NCBI GenBank assembly: GCA_963702095.1
Contig: OY969706.1
Location: 448,001-512,000 of the forward strand
From: Candidatus Bathyarchaeota archaeon
GTDB lineage: Archaea > Thermoproteota > Bathyarchaeia > Bathyarchaeales > Bathycorpusculaceae
Length of the DNA: 64,000 nt
Reading direction: 5' to 3'
Shown here: piece after piece, positions 39,761 through 49,607 of the stretch
Layout of the letters: every line of letters begins with the position of its first letter
Position numbering within the stretch: position 1 is the first letter of the stretch
The notes under the pieces: model-generated
Told to the model about the DNA's origin: nothing
Seen by the model: the letters and a program-made list of their open reading frames with translations, nothing else
The model's database searches: none
Translations under genes and position numbers: made by a program

Positions 39761-40633
39761 CTACTTCACGCTTCTTCTGCGCAGGTAAACAACCACCAGC
39801 CCCAGCAAAACCGCAACAACCCCCAACAACGCTATTATGACTATTTCCCCAAAGTCCAAGGCAAAAAACGCTGGGCTGCCAGAGATAGGCTGGACGGGTG
39901 TACTTGTTGGGTTATGTGAGGTTTGTGGTGCAGTTCCCACATCGCCAATGGATGGGCCCGATATGGTTGGTGGTGGAGTCGGTGGTAGCGTTGGTTCCGT
40001 GGAGGATGAGGTGGAGGTTGATCCGTCGTTTAGGCTTATGGTCTGTGTGTTGCTCCAGCCGCTTGTTTGGCCAACAAAGTATGTATGGTAATCATCGGCT
40101 CTTTGTGCTATGCTGGTGCATATTGTGTCAGAGTACCCGATGAATGCTTCAACCTGAAAATCTATCTTTCCGTCTTCGGGGATGTTTGGGACTCTTCCAG
40201 AGTGGTCACCGACCCATTCCTCGTTAATCCAGTAAGAGAACACCGTGTACTGTGTATTTGGCGTTTCAAGGTATGTGTCACTGTAGCCATCGTCAGGGGT
40301 AACTATCCAGTTGCTGTCGAGGTGCCCTTTACATCTAATGTGGAAGTACAGTGCGACTGTGTGGTTGTTTGCGTCTTTGTATGGGGTGAAGGGTTGGTTG
40401 GCGATTGTTATTTCTACGGTTCCGTTTCTGTCATGGTGGGCGGGCACATAGTGGGGTCCGATGTAGCCATCGTCGACTGTAGCCGCAGGCATGACATAGG
40501 AGTGGTCTATGAATGTTAAGCTAAAGGTTGGCACAGACGGTGTAGGTGTTGTTTGTGCGTTTGAGGTTTCAAAGCAGAGCATGCTTGAGGCTGCCAGGAT
40601 TAGTATGAGTGTTATGGTGATTGTTCTGCTCAT
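39761..40633 (-). CDS. Secreted surface protein, paralog of 38878..39687
   Basis: PSVPTFSLT, R.KGH, FQVEAFIG, GQTSGWSNTQT, C-terminal TM. Confidence 0.8.
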   Translation of the reverse strand: MSRTITITLILILAASSMLCFETSNAQTTPTPSVPTFSLTFIDHSYVMPAATVDDGYIGPHYVPAHHDRNGTVEITIANQPFTPYKDANNHTVALYFHIRCKGHLDSNWIVTPDDGYSDTYLETPNTQYTVFSYWINEEWVGDHSGRVPNIPEDGKIDFQVEAFIGYSDTICTSIAQRADDYHTYFVGQTSGWSNTQTISLNDGSTSTSSSTEPTLPPTPPPTISGPSIGDVGTAPQTSHNPTSTPVQPISGSPAFFALDFGEIVIIALLGVVAVLLGLVVVYLRRRSVK

Positions 40634-40796
40634 GCCTGCCACCATTAACCTCTTGGTGTAGGAATGGAATTAAAGGGTTCTTGTACAGATTCCTTGACAA
40701 AGCATAGTCTACATTCCTTGACTAAGCCCCTCTCTCAATTAGTTAAATAAGCATCCGACGCCCCTATTCTAGTAGGCACATTTTTCGGTAACAACC

Positions 40797-42500
40797 ATGC
40801 CCACATCATTTCAGTCCCTCAGTGAACTACTCGAAAAGGTGGAAGCCACCAAAAAACGGCTCCAAATTATAGAGCAAACCGCAAACTACCTCCAAACGCT
40901 GAGCGCGCAGGAGATGGAGCCAGCCGTCAACATGATGGTTGGACGCGCCTTCCCAAAGTACAGCCAAAAAACCCTCGACGTAAGCTGGATAACACTTCAA
41001 AATACACTGGAAAACATCGGTGCATTCGACTGGAAACTGTTCCGCGAAGCCATGGCAAAAACAGGTGACATAGGCACCGCAACGCAACTTGTGCTTGAGC
41101 AAACCAAACCCAAACGGCAAACCCGACTAACCCCAGCCGAAAACCAACTAACCATAACCGAAGTCCGACGCGCCTTCGAAGACATCGCCCAAACACAAGG
41201 CAGCCGCAGCCGAACCAAAAAAGAACGCCAAATCACCGCGCTCCTCAGCCAAGCCACACCGCTCGAAGCCAAGTACCTTGTCAAGGTGTTTACGGGTGAG
41301 ATGCGCACTGGGCTGCATGAGGGGTTGATGGAGCAGGCTGTGGCGCGGGCGTTTGATGTTTCGCTGCCACGGGTGCAGCATGCCGAGATGGTTTGTGGTG
41401 ACATAGGCGAAGTCGCGGAAAAACTCAAAACACAGGGCATCGAGAGCCTCGAGAAGGCAGGGTTCAGCGTGTTTCGTCCCGTCAAGTTAATGTTGGCGCA
41501 GACAGCGCAGTCCGTCCGGGAAGCCCTCGCCGAGCAGGGTGGATCGGCAGCTTTCGAGTACAAGTACGATGGCGCCCGCATCCAAATCCACAAGCAAGCC
41601 GGCGTCGTGTGCATCTTCAGCCGCCGCTTAACCGACGTCACAGAGAGCCTCCCCGACATAGTTGAGGTCGTGAAACAAAACATCCAAGCCGACAGCGCCA
41701 TCGTGGAGGGCGAAGTCATCGCATTAGACAGCGCAGGCTACCCCCTTGCATTCCAGCACCTGATGCGCCGCTTCAAACGCACCCGCGAAGTCGTGGGCAT
41801 GCGCGAAAAAATCCCCCTCACCCTCTACCTCTTCGACATTCTATTCCTAAACGGCGAAAGCCTCATCAGCCACACCTACCTCCGCCGACGCCAAATCCTC
41901 GCCGAAAACGCAGGAAAAATCGCCTTAACCAACCAAATCGTCACCGACCAACCTGAATCCGCCGAAGCCTTTCTTGGGGAGGCGGTTGCGGCTGGGAATG
42001 AGGGTTTGATGGCGAAGAAGCTGGACAGTCCCTACACTCCGGGGCGTAGGGGGAAGCGGTGGCTGAAAATCAAAACCGTGCTCGAACCCCTCGACCTGGT
42101 CATAACCGCCGCTGAATATGGGTATGGACGCCGCAGAGGCTGGCTAAGCGACTACTACTTGGGCGCACGTGACCCCGCGTCAGGCGAGTTTTTGGATGTG
42201 GGCAAAACTTTCAAAGGCTTAACAGACGCCGAACTCACCGACCTCACAATGCGCCTCAAAGACCTCGCTGTGAGCGGAGTCGCAGGTCACCGTGTCAAAG
42301 TGTTGCCCAAAATTGTGGTGGAAGTCGCCTACAATGAAATCCAGCAAAGCCCCAAGTACCCCCGCCAAATGGCGCTGCGTTTTGCCCGAATCACCCGTAT
42401 CCGCGACGACAAAGCGCCTGAGGAAGCCAGCACGATTGGGCAAGTCAGAGAAATCTATGAGCGGCAATTCAAAAACAAAGGCAAAACGCCAGAGTTCTAA
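40797..42500 (+). CDS. lig: ATP-dependent DNA ligase
   Basis: EYKYDGAR motif I, EGLMAK, WLKIK, LRFARITRIRDDK motif VI. Confidence 0.95.
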   Translation: MPTSFQSLSELLEKVEATKKRLQIIEQTANYLQTLSAQEMEPAVNMMVGRAFPKYSQKTLDVSWITLQNTLENIGAFDWKLFREAMAKTGDIGTATQLVLEQTKPKRQTRLTPAENQLTITEVRRAFEDIAQTQGSRSRTKKERQITALLSQATPLEAKYLVKVFTGEMRTGLHEGLMEQAVARAFDVSLPRVQHAEMVCGDIGEVAEKLKTQGIESLEKAGFSVFRPVKLMLAQTAQSVREALAEQGGSAAFEYKYDGARIQIHKQAGVVCIFSRRLTDVTESLPDIVEVVKQNIQADSAIVEGEVIALDSAGYPLAFQHLMRRFKRTREVVGMREKIPLTLYLFDILFLNGESLISHTYLRRRQILAENAGKIALTNQIVTDQPESAEAFLGEAVAAGNEGLMAKKLDSPYTPGRRGKRWLKIKTVLEPLDLVITAAEYGYGRRRGWLSDYYLGARDPASGEFLDVGKTFKGLTDAELTDLTMRLKDLAVSGVAGHRVKVLPKIVVEVAYNEIQQSPKYPRQMALRFARITRIRDDKAPEEASTIGQVREIYERQFKNKGKTPEF

Positions 42501-42521
42501 AAAAGAGGGGAAAGGTGGGGG

Positions 42522-43208
42522 TTAGGCGTGTTTTTCGCTTATTTTGCCGTCGTTTAACAGCAGCATCCGCTCGGTGTGCGCGGCAACTTGCTCGTCATGC
42601 GTCACCATTATGATGGTTGTGCCTTGTTTACGGTTAAGCTCCCAGAGCAGCTTCACGATTTCTTCTTTGTTGCTCTTGTCAAGGTTGCCTGTGGGTTCGT
42701 CAGCTAAGATGATGGCGGGGTCGTTGGCTACGGCGCGTGCGATGGCGACACGTTGCTGCTCGCCCTGGCTGAGCCGCTGGGGCCGGTGCTGTTCCCGCCC
42801 CGATAACCCCACGGTGGCGAGCAACTCCAGCGCCCTCTGCCTGCGCTGTCCCTTGAATTTGCCTGCCAACTCCATGGCTAACTCGACGTTTTCTTTAGCG
42901 TTGAGGTAGGGGAGGAGGTTGAAGTTTTGGAATATGAAGCCGATTTTGTCTCTGCGTACCTTGTAGAGCCGCGATTCAGGTTGCCGTGCGATGTCTAAGC
43001 CGTCGATGAGGATTTTGCCTTTGGTGGGTTTGTCGATGCAGCCGATGATGTTTAGCAGGGTGGTTTTGCCGCTGCCCGATGGTCCCATGATGGCGGTGAA
43101 TTCGCCACGTTGCACTTCGAGGTTTAAGTCGGTTAAGGGTTGCACTTCCCGTTTGCCAAGCCGGTAGGTTTTGGTTAGATGCTCGATTTGCAGGACTGGT
43201 TTATTCAT
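42522..43208 (-). CDS. ABC transporter ATP-binding protein (LolD/MacB type)
   Basis: GPSGSGKT, LSQGEQQR, ADEPTGNLD, VTHD. Confidence 0.95.
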   Translation of the reverse strand: MNKPVLQIEHLTKTYRLGKREVQPLTDLNLEVQRGEFTAIMGPSGSGKTTLLNIIGCIDKPTKGKILIDGLDIARQPESRLYKVRRDKIGFIFQNFNLLPYLNAKENVELAMELAGKFKGQRRQRALELLATVGLSGREQHRPQRLSQGEQQRVAIARAVANDPAIILADEPTGNLDKSNKEEIVKLLWELNRKQGTTIIMVTHDEQVAAHTERMLLLNDGKISEKHA

Positions 43209-44505
43209 AGCGCATTGCCTCCGCTGGTCTGATTCTGGCTGCTCTCCAAGCCGGATACAGCGTTCCAAGCGCCCCTAGCAACACTGCAACGCCTAAGCCA
43301 AGCAACACCATCTCAGGCGTCATAGCGACGGCGATGGGCTCCGATATCAAGTGTCCATCCGCTGACATGACAAGGTCGGCTCCGAACAGGTTCAGCCGCG
43401 GCAGCAACAACGACGCCAACGAAGTCGCCACCACCGAGCCGACAGCGATGCCAACTGCACCGGCGATGAGGCTAAGTAGGGTGCCTTCAACCAAAAACTG
43501 CCCCAGAATAGTGCTGCTGCTTGCGCCCATAGCTTTGAGGGTGCCGATTTCTTTGGTCCGCTCCCGCACCGTGTAGAGCATTATGAAGAGCACAATCACG
43601 CAGTCAGCAACCACCACTACACCCATCTCCACCAAAGCAGTGCTCTGCACCTGGTTAAAAGTGGTCTGCGCCTGAGTTATCTGCTGGTCAACGAGCTGCT
43701 GGGTTTGCTGCGCTGCATCGATTAGGGATTTGGCGGTTATTACTTCGAGGTCGGGGTAGGCTTTTTTGATGTCGCTCTCAACGGTGCCTACATTTTCGAC
43801 GCTGTTTACGAAGACTTTGAATTCATAGGCTTTTCCAGTCGAGTTGGTGATGGTTTGGGCTTCACCTATGCTCATGTAGGCGGCGGTCATGTTGTAGGCG
43901 TCTAATCCCTGAATGCCCACAACTTGGAAGTTTTCTCCCAAAATCTCAACACGGTCGCCTACGCCAACGCCGAAAAGCTCTGCCGCCCGCTCCTGCAAGA
44001 CAACAACGCCAACATCGTCTGCTTGTAGGTTTCTTCCCTGGGTTATGTTCGCGGGCAGAATTGAGGGGTAATCTGTTAGGGTTGGTCCGTCGGTGGGTAA
44101 TCCGATTACGCTGTAGGAGTTTTGTTTTTCTGCGTCTGTTTGTAATTGCTGAAACGTGGGGATGACTGCGGCGACGTTTGCTATGCTGGTTAGGTTGGAG
44201 TAGTCGGTTATGTTCATGAGGGGTTTTTCGAAGGTGGTTTCGTTGTGGTTGGGTCCTGCGTCGGTTCGGAATTTGTAGGGTTGGCTGCATTCGATTTGGG
44301 TGGCGGCCATGTTTATCATGGCTGTTTGTTGTTGCATGCCGGCGGAGATGTTGTTGATGGTTTTTTGGGTGGCTTGTTGGTTGGCGGTGATGCTTGGGGG
44401 TATGGAGGTTAGGATTGTGAGTGCGAGGCTGAGTGCGATTATGACTAGGAGGGCTCTGGTTTTTCTTCGGGTTATGTTTTTTGTGGCTCTTGTTAGGGTT
44501 CCCAT
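43201..44505 (-). CDS. ABC transporter permease (MacB/FtsX type)
   Basis: TM1, extracellular domain, ERTKEIGTLKAMGA, YPAWRAARIRPAEAMRYE. Confidence 0.93.
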   Translation of the reverse strand: MGTLTRATKNITRRKTRALLVIIALSLALTILTSIPPSITANQQATQKTINNISAGMQQQTAMINMAATQIECSQPYKFRTDAGPNHNETTFEKPLMNITDYSNLTSIANVAAVIPTFQQLQTDAEKQNSYSVIGLPTDGPTLTDYPSILPANITQGRNLQADDVGVVVLQERAAELFGVGVGDRVEILGENFQVVGIQGLDAYNMTAAYMSIGEAQTITNSTGKAYEFKVFVNSVENVGTVESDIKKAYPDLEVITAKSLIDAAQQTQQLVDQQITQAQTTFNQVQSTALVEMGVVVVADCVIVLFIMLYTVRERTKEIGTLKAMGASSSTILGQFLVEGTLLSLIAGAVGIAVGSVVATSLASLLLPRLNLFGADLVMSADGHLISEPIAVAMTPEMVLLGLGVAVLLGALGTLYPAWRAARIRPAEAMRYE

Positions 44506-44520
44506 GGTTTGGTCTCCTGC

Positions 44521-44613
44521 CTACCATTAATGGTGGTAGCGCTTATAATGCTTACTATCGCCAATGGTAGGCTAAATCAGAAAACAATAAAAACCTACCA
44601 CCCCATATGGTAA
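44521..44613. promoter_or_regulatory. Three palindromic operators, consensus YTACYA-N7-TGGTAR, in a divergent promoter
   Basis: CTACCA-ttaatgg-TGGTAG (44521-44539), TTACTA-tcgccaa-TGGTAG (44552-44570), CTACCA-ccccata-TGGTAA (44595-44613); TTATAA lies between sites 1 and 2. Confidence 0.8.
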
Positions 44614-45082
44614 GCGAGGAAAACCAAACGCCCACCGACAAACACCCCCTCAACCAATACAACCTCGAAGGCAAACAACTCGAAGCCTTCCTACGCCCCC
44701 TAGAAGCCAACATCATCCAAACCATCTGGAACAACAAAAAACGCCCCATAACCGTCCGAGAAGTCCACACCGAACTCAAAAAACAAAAAACCATCGCCTA
44801 TACCACCATCATGAACACCATGGACCGCCTCTACGAAAAGGCCTCCTCGACCGCCGCATAGAAAAAGGCAAAGGCGGCACCTACCTCTACTACGTCTACT
44901 GGCCCAAACTCGAAGAACAAAACTTCAAAGAAGCCGCCGTCCGCCAAGTGCTGGGCAGCCTCATGGACAACTTTGACGAACTCGTCACCAACGCGCTGGT
45001 CGAAAAAGCCGCACTAGACGATAAGCAGCTTGAGGCGCTCAAGGAGAAAATCGATAAAACCCTAAAAGAAAAGAAAAAGTGA
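44607..45082 (+). CDS. BlaI/MecI/CopY family repressor; frameshift at ~44838
   Basis: PLEANIIQTIW..ITVREV..AYTTIMNTMDRLYEK joins GLLDRRIEKGKGG..YWPK in another frame. Confidence 0.85.
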
Positions 45083-45089
45083 CCCTGCA

Positions 45090-46466
45090 ATGGTTGATTT
45101 TAACGATTTTTTGGTGCAGATCGCTCAACCCTACTTTCTCTATTCCACCGTGTTTCTCTGCTTAGCGTTTGTGTCCATCGCGATCACCTTAAAATTTAAC
45201 ACCTCCATGTCGAGGAGAAACCAAAGCCTCCTCTGGCTGCTGCCCCTTTGCGTTCCAGTCGTAGTATTGCTCTGTTTTCCTCCCCAAACCCAAATAATCG
45301 CCAAACCATTCGCTCCCGCAAGCCTCAACGCGTCCTGTCCACTGGATGGGTGCAGCGTGCTTCTGTGGGGAACCAACGTTTTCTCCTTTACAGGCTTACT
45401 CTGCATAAGCGGCTTAGTTTTGGCGGCAGGCTACTGTTTAGTCATGATGGTTTTCGGAGGCAAAATCGCTCTCAAACATTTCCATGTGGTTCCCCTGACT
45501 GAAGATGAGTACGCGGCTTTGCAGGAGAAAATAAAAGCAACCGCCCATCGGCTCGGAATCTCTGCGCCAAAAGTCGGTTTAACCGAAGATTTAGTGCCAA
45601 ACGCCTTCACATTGGGCTATGGACGCAGCACAACAGTGGTTTTTTCCTTAGGGTTACTTGAAATGTTGGCGCCTGAAGAGTTGGACGCGGTGGTTTCCCA
45701 TGAGTTAGCCCATATCAAAGCCAAAGATTACCTCTTCAAAAGCTTAGCGTACGCACTGAACTTTGTCGTCTTCTTTAATCCCCTCTCCTATGTTGCAGCG
45801 TCAAGGGCTCAAAGGGAGCGGGAATTGCTTGCAGATCAGAAAGGCGCCGCTTTACTGGGCAAACCCGCCCTGATGGCTCATGTGCTGACAAAGGTTGAAG
45901 CAGTAGTGCAGCAGTTTCCCACACCAAGCTTAACCGACCGGTTTTCCGCAAGCCTGTTTTTGGTGTCTCCTCTTGCGCATCGTCCCTCACTTTTGGCTTC
46001 GCACCCCAAAATATCGCAGAGAATACAAAACATCCAATCAGTCAACTATAAGCCACTTGTAAAACACAAAATAGCTGCAGCCCTCTTCCTCTTAGGCATA
46101 ATTTCGGCTTTAATTTTAGTCTCTGGCTATTCCAGCCTGCAAATCCAGCAGAATTACTCCCAAAATCAAAATGTATCTCCAAACCAGTATCGGGTTTTGA
46201 TGTATAACTCAACAGCGTATGCCATGCAACCCCGAGTGGTGGCTTTCTACTTCCCCAATATAGAAAGCTACAACGAGTTCAAAGCGGGACTCCCCAACGG
46301 CATGAAAACCTTGGTAAATGGCACCGTGGAACTTCCAGACGGCACAAAAATGATTTACTCAAACGTGGGTTTACTCGATTCAACACCTAGCTGGCACTCT
46401 ATATCTGACCCCCTAAATGAGCAGGGAACATATGACCAGCAATCGCTTAACGATGGGCAATCATGA
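45090..46466 (+). CDS. BlaR1-like membrane zinc metalloprotease (M56/M48) with extracellular C-terminal domain
   Basis: PNAF, HELAH, FFNP..ERE..AD, SHP; directly follows the BlaI-like gene. Confidence 0.85.
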   Translation: MVDFNDFLVQIAQPYFLYSTVFLCLAFVSIAITLKFNTSMSRRNQSLLWLLPLCVPVVVLLCFPPQTQIIAKPFAPASLNASCPLDGCSVLLWGTNVFSFTGLLCISGLVLAAGYCLVMMVFGGKIALKHFHVVPLTEDEYAALQEKIKATAHRLGISAPKVGLTEDLVPNAFTLGYGRSTTVVFSLGLLEMLAPEELDAVVSHELAHIKAKDYLFKSLAYALNFVVFFNPLSYVAASRAQRERELLADQKGAALLGKPALMAHVLTKVEAVVQQFPTPSLTDRFSASLFLVSPLAHRPSLLASHPKISQRIQNIQSVNYKPLVKHKIAAALFLLGIISALILVSGYSSLQIQQNYSQNQNVSPNQYRVLMYNSTAYAMQPRVVAFYFPNIESYNEFKAGLPNGMKTLVNGTVELPDGTKMIYSNVGLLDSTPSWHSISDPLNEQGTYDQQSLNDGQS

Positions 46467-46517
46467 TAAAAGGCAAATATAAGCACCAACAACATTTCCT
46501 TTTGGAGACTAACTCTG

Positions 46518-47549
46518 TTGGATGAGGCAAGCAAGAAAACGTTTGCAGAAGCATTCTACAGCCGCCAAACCGTACTCAAAGAACTTGGAGAGGCTGGGCA
46601 AGAAAAGCTCGCCAAAGCCCGTGTTGCGGTTGTCGGCGTCGGCGGCGTAGGCTCGGTGTCCTCGCTCTACCTTGCATTGGCAGGCGTGGGTTACATCCGC
46701 GTCATCGACCAGGATGTCCTTGAACCACACAATCTGCACCGTCAAATCCTCTACACGCCGGGTGACCTCCACTACCCCAAAGCTGAAGCCGCGGCCAAAA
46801 CACTCCAAAAGCACAATCCACTGATAGAGGTGGAGGCGGTTTCGGAGAACGTAAACGCGGGGAACGTAGAGAGGCTCCTAAGTGGCGTTGACGTGGTAGT
46901 GGATGGTTTAGACAACATGCCAACCCGACAGCTTGTCAACCGCGCCTGCGTAAAGCTGGGGGTCCCCTACGTTTTCGGCGCCGCAGTCGGCTTAGAAGGC
47001 AACCTCTCTGTGTTTTATCCGCCCCAAACCGGGTGCCTCGAATGCTTGATTCCTAGCGGCTCAGGCGGAGGTGATACCTGCGACACCCGGGGCATCATCG
47101 GAGCAACTGCAGGAGTAATCGGCAGCCTCCAAGCCACAGAAACAATCAAACTCATCGCGGGCATCGGCAAACCCCTCAAGGGCAAGTTGCTGGTCTGCGA
47201 CTTCACAGACATGGACTTCACCACACTCGACATCGCAGAAAACCCCCGCTGCCCAGTCTGCCACGGCAAACCGCCCTCAGAGGCGCATGAGGCGCGGCTG
47301 GTGTGGCTCTGCGGCAGTGACACCGCCAACATAAACCCCCAAAAACCCTTCACACTTACCCTCGACGAAGTCTACCCCAAACTGAAACAGCACTTTGATG
47401 TCCGACTCAAATCCCAGTTAGCCCTCATGTTCACCTACAAAAACTATGAAGTCAGCCTCTTCGGCGGCGGTCGCATGCTCATTAAAGGCGTAACAGACGA
47501 AAAAACCGCGCTCGCAACATACCGTGAGATACTCCAAAAAATAGTTTAA
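46518..47549 (+). CDS. ThiF/MoeB/HesA family adenylyltransferase (E1-like)
   Basis: YSRQ, GVGGVG, NLHRQ, CLEC, TC, CPVC. Confidence 0.92.
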   Translation: MDEASKKTFAEAFYSRQTVLKELGEAGQEKLAKARVAVVGVGGVGSVSSLYLALAGVGYIRVIDQDVLEPHNLHRQILYTPGDLHYPKAEAAAKTLQKHNPLIEVEAVSENVNAGNVERLLSGVDVVVDGLDNMPTRQLVNRACVKLGVPYVFGAAVGLEGNLSVFYPPQTGCLECLIPSGSGGGDTCDTRGIIGATAGVIGSLQATETIKLIAGIGKPLKGKLLVCDFTDMDFTTLDIAENPRCPVCHGKPPSEAHEARLVWLCGSDTANINPQKPFTLTLDEVYPKLKQHFDVRLKSQLALMFTYKNYEVSLFGGGRMLIKGVTDEKTALATYREILQKIV

Positions 47550-47552
47550 ATG

Positions 47553-49067
47553 CTACTCTAAGTAGGGCAACTCAACCGTGAATTTGGTGCCCACTCCTTT
47601 TTGGCTCTCGAAACTTATTGTGCCGCCCTGCGTTTCCACTAAACGCTTAACCACTGCTAACCCGAAGCCTTGCCCCTTTGATTTGGTGGTGAAGAGCGGC
47701 GTGAAAACCTTGTGTTTTACCTCGTCTGGAATGCCTACTCCCGTGTCCTCTACGGATATGGCGATTTTGCCGTCTGTTTTGTTGGTGCGGACTGTTAATT
47801 TGCCGCCTTCAGGCATGGCTTGCACGGCGTTGGTTGCCAGATTCAGCAGCACCCGTTTGAGAAGCAACGGGTCAAGCCTTACGCTGGTCAAGCTACTGCC
47901 AAAATATGCTTTGGCTTCAACGTGGTCGGGGATATTTAATGTTGACAGCGCATTAGTTACTACCTCTTTTAAGTTGACGTTAACAACGTCGGGTTTGAGT
48001 GGTCTGGCGTAGTCTTGCAGGTCAGAAACTATTTTGTTGACATAGCTGATTTGCTCCAAGATAGACTCTAACTCTGCCTGAGCGTCTTTTTTTTCATCGC
48101 TGGAAGGTAAACCGTCTAAGTCATCTTTAATCAAATACATTGAGGAAACGATGGATTGCAGGGGGTTGCGGATATCATGCCCCACCATCCCCGCGGTCTG
48201 CCCAATCGTCATCAAACGTTTTGCTTCTTCTTCCTCCGTTTTGTCCTCGACAATTATGATGATTCCCAACGCGGAGGGGTATGTGGATATTTCAAATATC
48301 GACGCTTTCCCCGTCTGGCGGCTAACCGTATTCATCATGAAACGGGCAGGCTTCCTCTGTTGCAAAGCCTCAAAATACGGTGTAACCTCCACCGACATCA
48401 TCTCTGGCAGTACGTCATAGATTTTTTTGCACAACGCATCCTTAGCGGCTACACGAGTAACCGTTTCGGCAGCTTTGTTCCAGTGGATAACATTCAGCTC
48501 CCAATCGGTGGCGATGAAGGCTTCCCCAAAACTTTCGTAGAGTTCCCGGTAACTCTGTTCGCTTTCAAGGACTTTTCTGGTACGCTCCTCCACCAATTTC
48601 TCTAGGTTTTTGGCGTAATCCTCAAGTTTACGTTGCAGAACAATGCGGTCTGTGATGTCAACGCCATAAACTGTTATTCCCTCCGCCGAAGGAAACACCT
48701 TAAACAAGCGGAAACCCGTTTTGGCGTAAATGGTTTCCCATTCAAATTGGCGGATTTCACGTTTCTCCATTGCTGCCCGATAGTTCTCTTCCACCGCGGT
48801 TCCGACGAAATTGGGGAATGTTTTCCAAAAATTTTTACCCAGTATATCCTCAGTTTTCATTCTGAAATCATGCGCTGTCTTCTTGCTTATGTAGAGGATG
48901 TTCCAGTCTCTATCGAAAGCGCTAATGTAATCGTCTATGCTGTCTAGAATGTCCGCGGCAATCTGCAGTTTTCCCCTTTTAGTTAATGGCAAAGGTTGAT
49001 TGGACGCAAATGGTTTTGGGGTTTTGTCTGCTTTTGGCTTGCTTATTTTACCAGAAGCATTCACCAA
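47553..49067 (-). CDS. PAS-PAS histidine kinase
   Basis: Two PAS-like domains, H-box GHDIRNPL, NAVQA, DTGVGI, GQGFGL. Confidence 0.93.
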   Translation of the reverse strand: MVNASGKISKPKADKTPKPFASNQPLPLTKRGKLQIAADILDSIDDYISAFDRDWNILYISKKTAHDFRMKTEDILGKNFWKTFPNFVGTAVEENYRAAMEKREIRQFEWETIYAKTGFRLFKVFPSAEGITVYGVDITDRIVLQRKLEDYAKNLEKLVEERTRKVLESEQSYRELYESFGEAFIATDWELNVIHWNKAAETVTRVAAKDALCKKIYDVLPEMMSVEVTPYFEALQQRKPARFMMNTVSRQTGKASIFEISTYPSALGIIIIVEDKTEEEEAKRLMTIGQTAGMVGHDIRNPLQSIVSSMYLIKDDLDGLPSSDEKKDAQAELESILEQISYVNKIVSDLQDYARPLKPDVVNVNLKEVVTNALSTLNIPDHVEAKAYFGSSLTSVRLDPLLLKRVLLNLATNAVQAMPEGGKLTVRTNKTDGKIAISVEDTGVGIPDEVKHKVFTPLFTTKSKGQGFGLAVVKRLVETQGGTISFESQKGVGTKFTVELPYLE

Positions 49068-49141
49068 TGTTCTATACCTGAGTAAAGTATAAGCTTCATT
49101 AGAAAAAAACTTTCTTGGACATTTGTAAAAAGAATGCTTGT

Positions 49142-49574
49142 TTATTGGGGCAGCGTTTGCGCCAAGGCTTTTGCGTCCCCCTGTTTACCCATTGCCGCTC
49201 GAAAAGGTTGCGCCTCTTCGCCCTTATCTTCGAGTTCCGGGGCAAGCGTATTGGCAAGCTCCACTTGGGCGGTCTTGAACACTTCGTAAGCTCCCATGAA
49301 AGGTGCATCGCCTGAAGACGAAACGCAGGCAAACACGCCGTACCCACGTTTTACCATGTCGGGGAGGAATTTTTGGGCTAACAACACTGGACCACGTAGG
49401 TTAACGTGGTAGCTTCGGTCCCAATCCCCAATCGATGTGTCTTTGACGGCGCCCTACACCAAGCCAAACCAATGCCCGAGCGGCTTCCAGTCCGATTCCT
49501 CTTCCGGCGCCGGTGACGACGGCGACTTTACCCTTCAAAGCTCCTTGATTAAAGCTTCCTTTACCGATTAACAT
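49142..49574 (-). pseudogene. SDR oxidoreductase remnant (internal deletion and truncation)
   Basis: GKVAVVTGAGRGIG jumps out of frame to ..WDRSYHVNL..SSSG..YEVFK; middle and end are missing. Confidence 0.8.
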
Positions 49575-49607
49575 GTTAACAGCTCACCTTAGATTGCTTG
49601 TTCCAGC

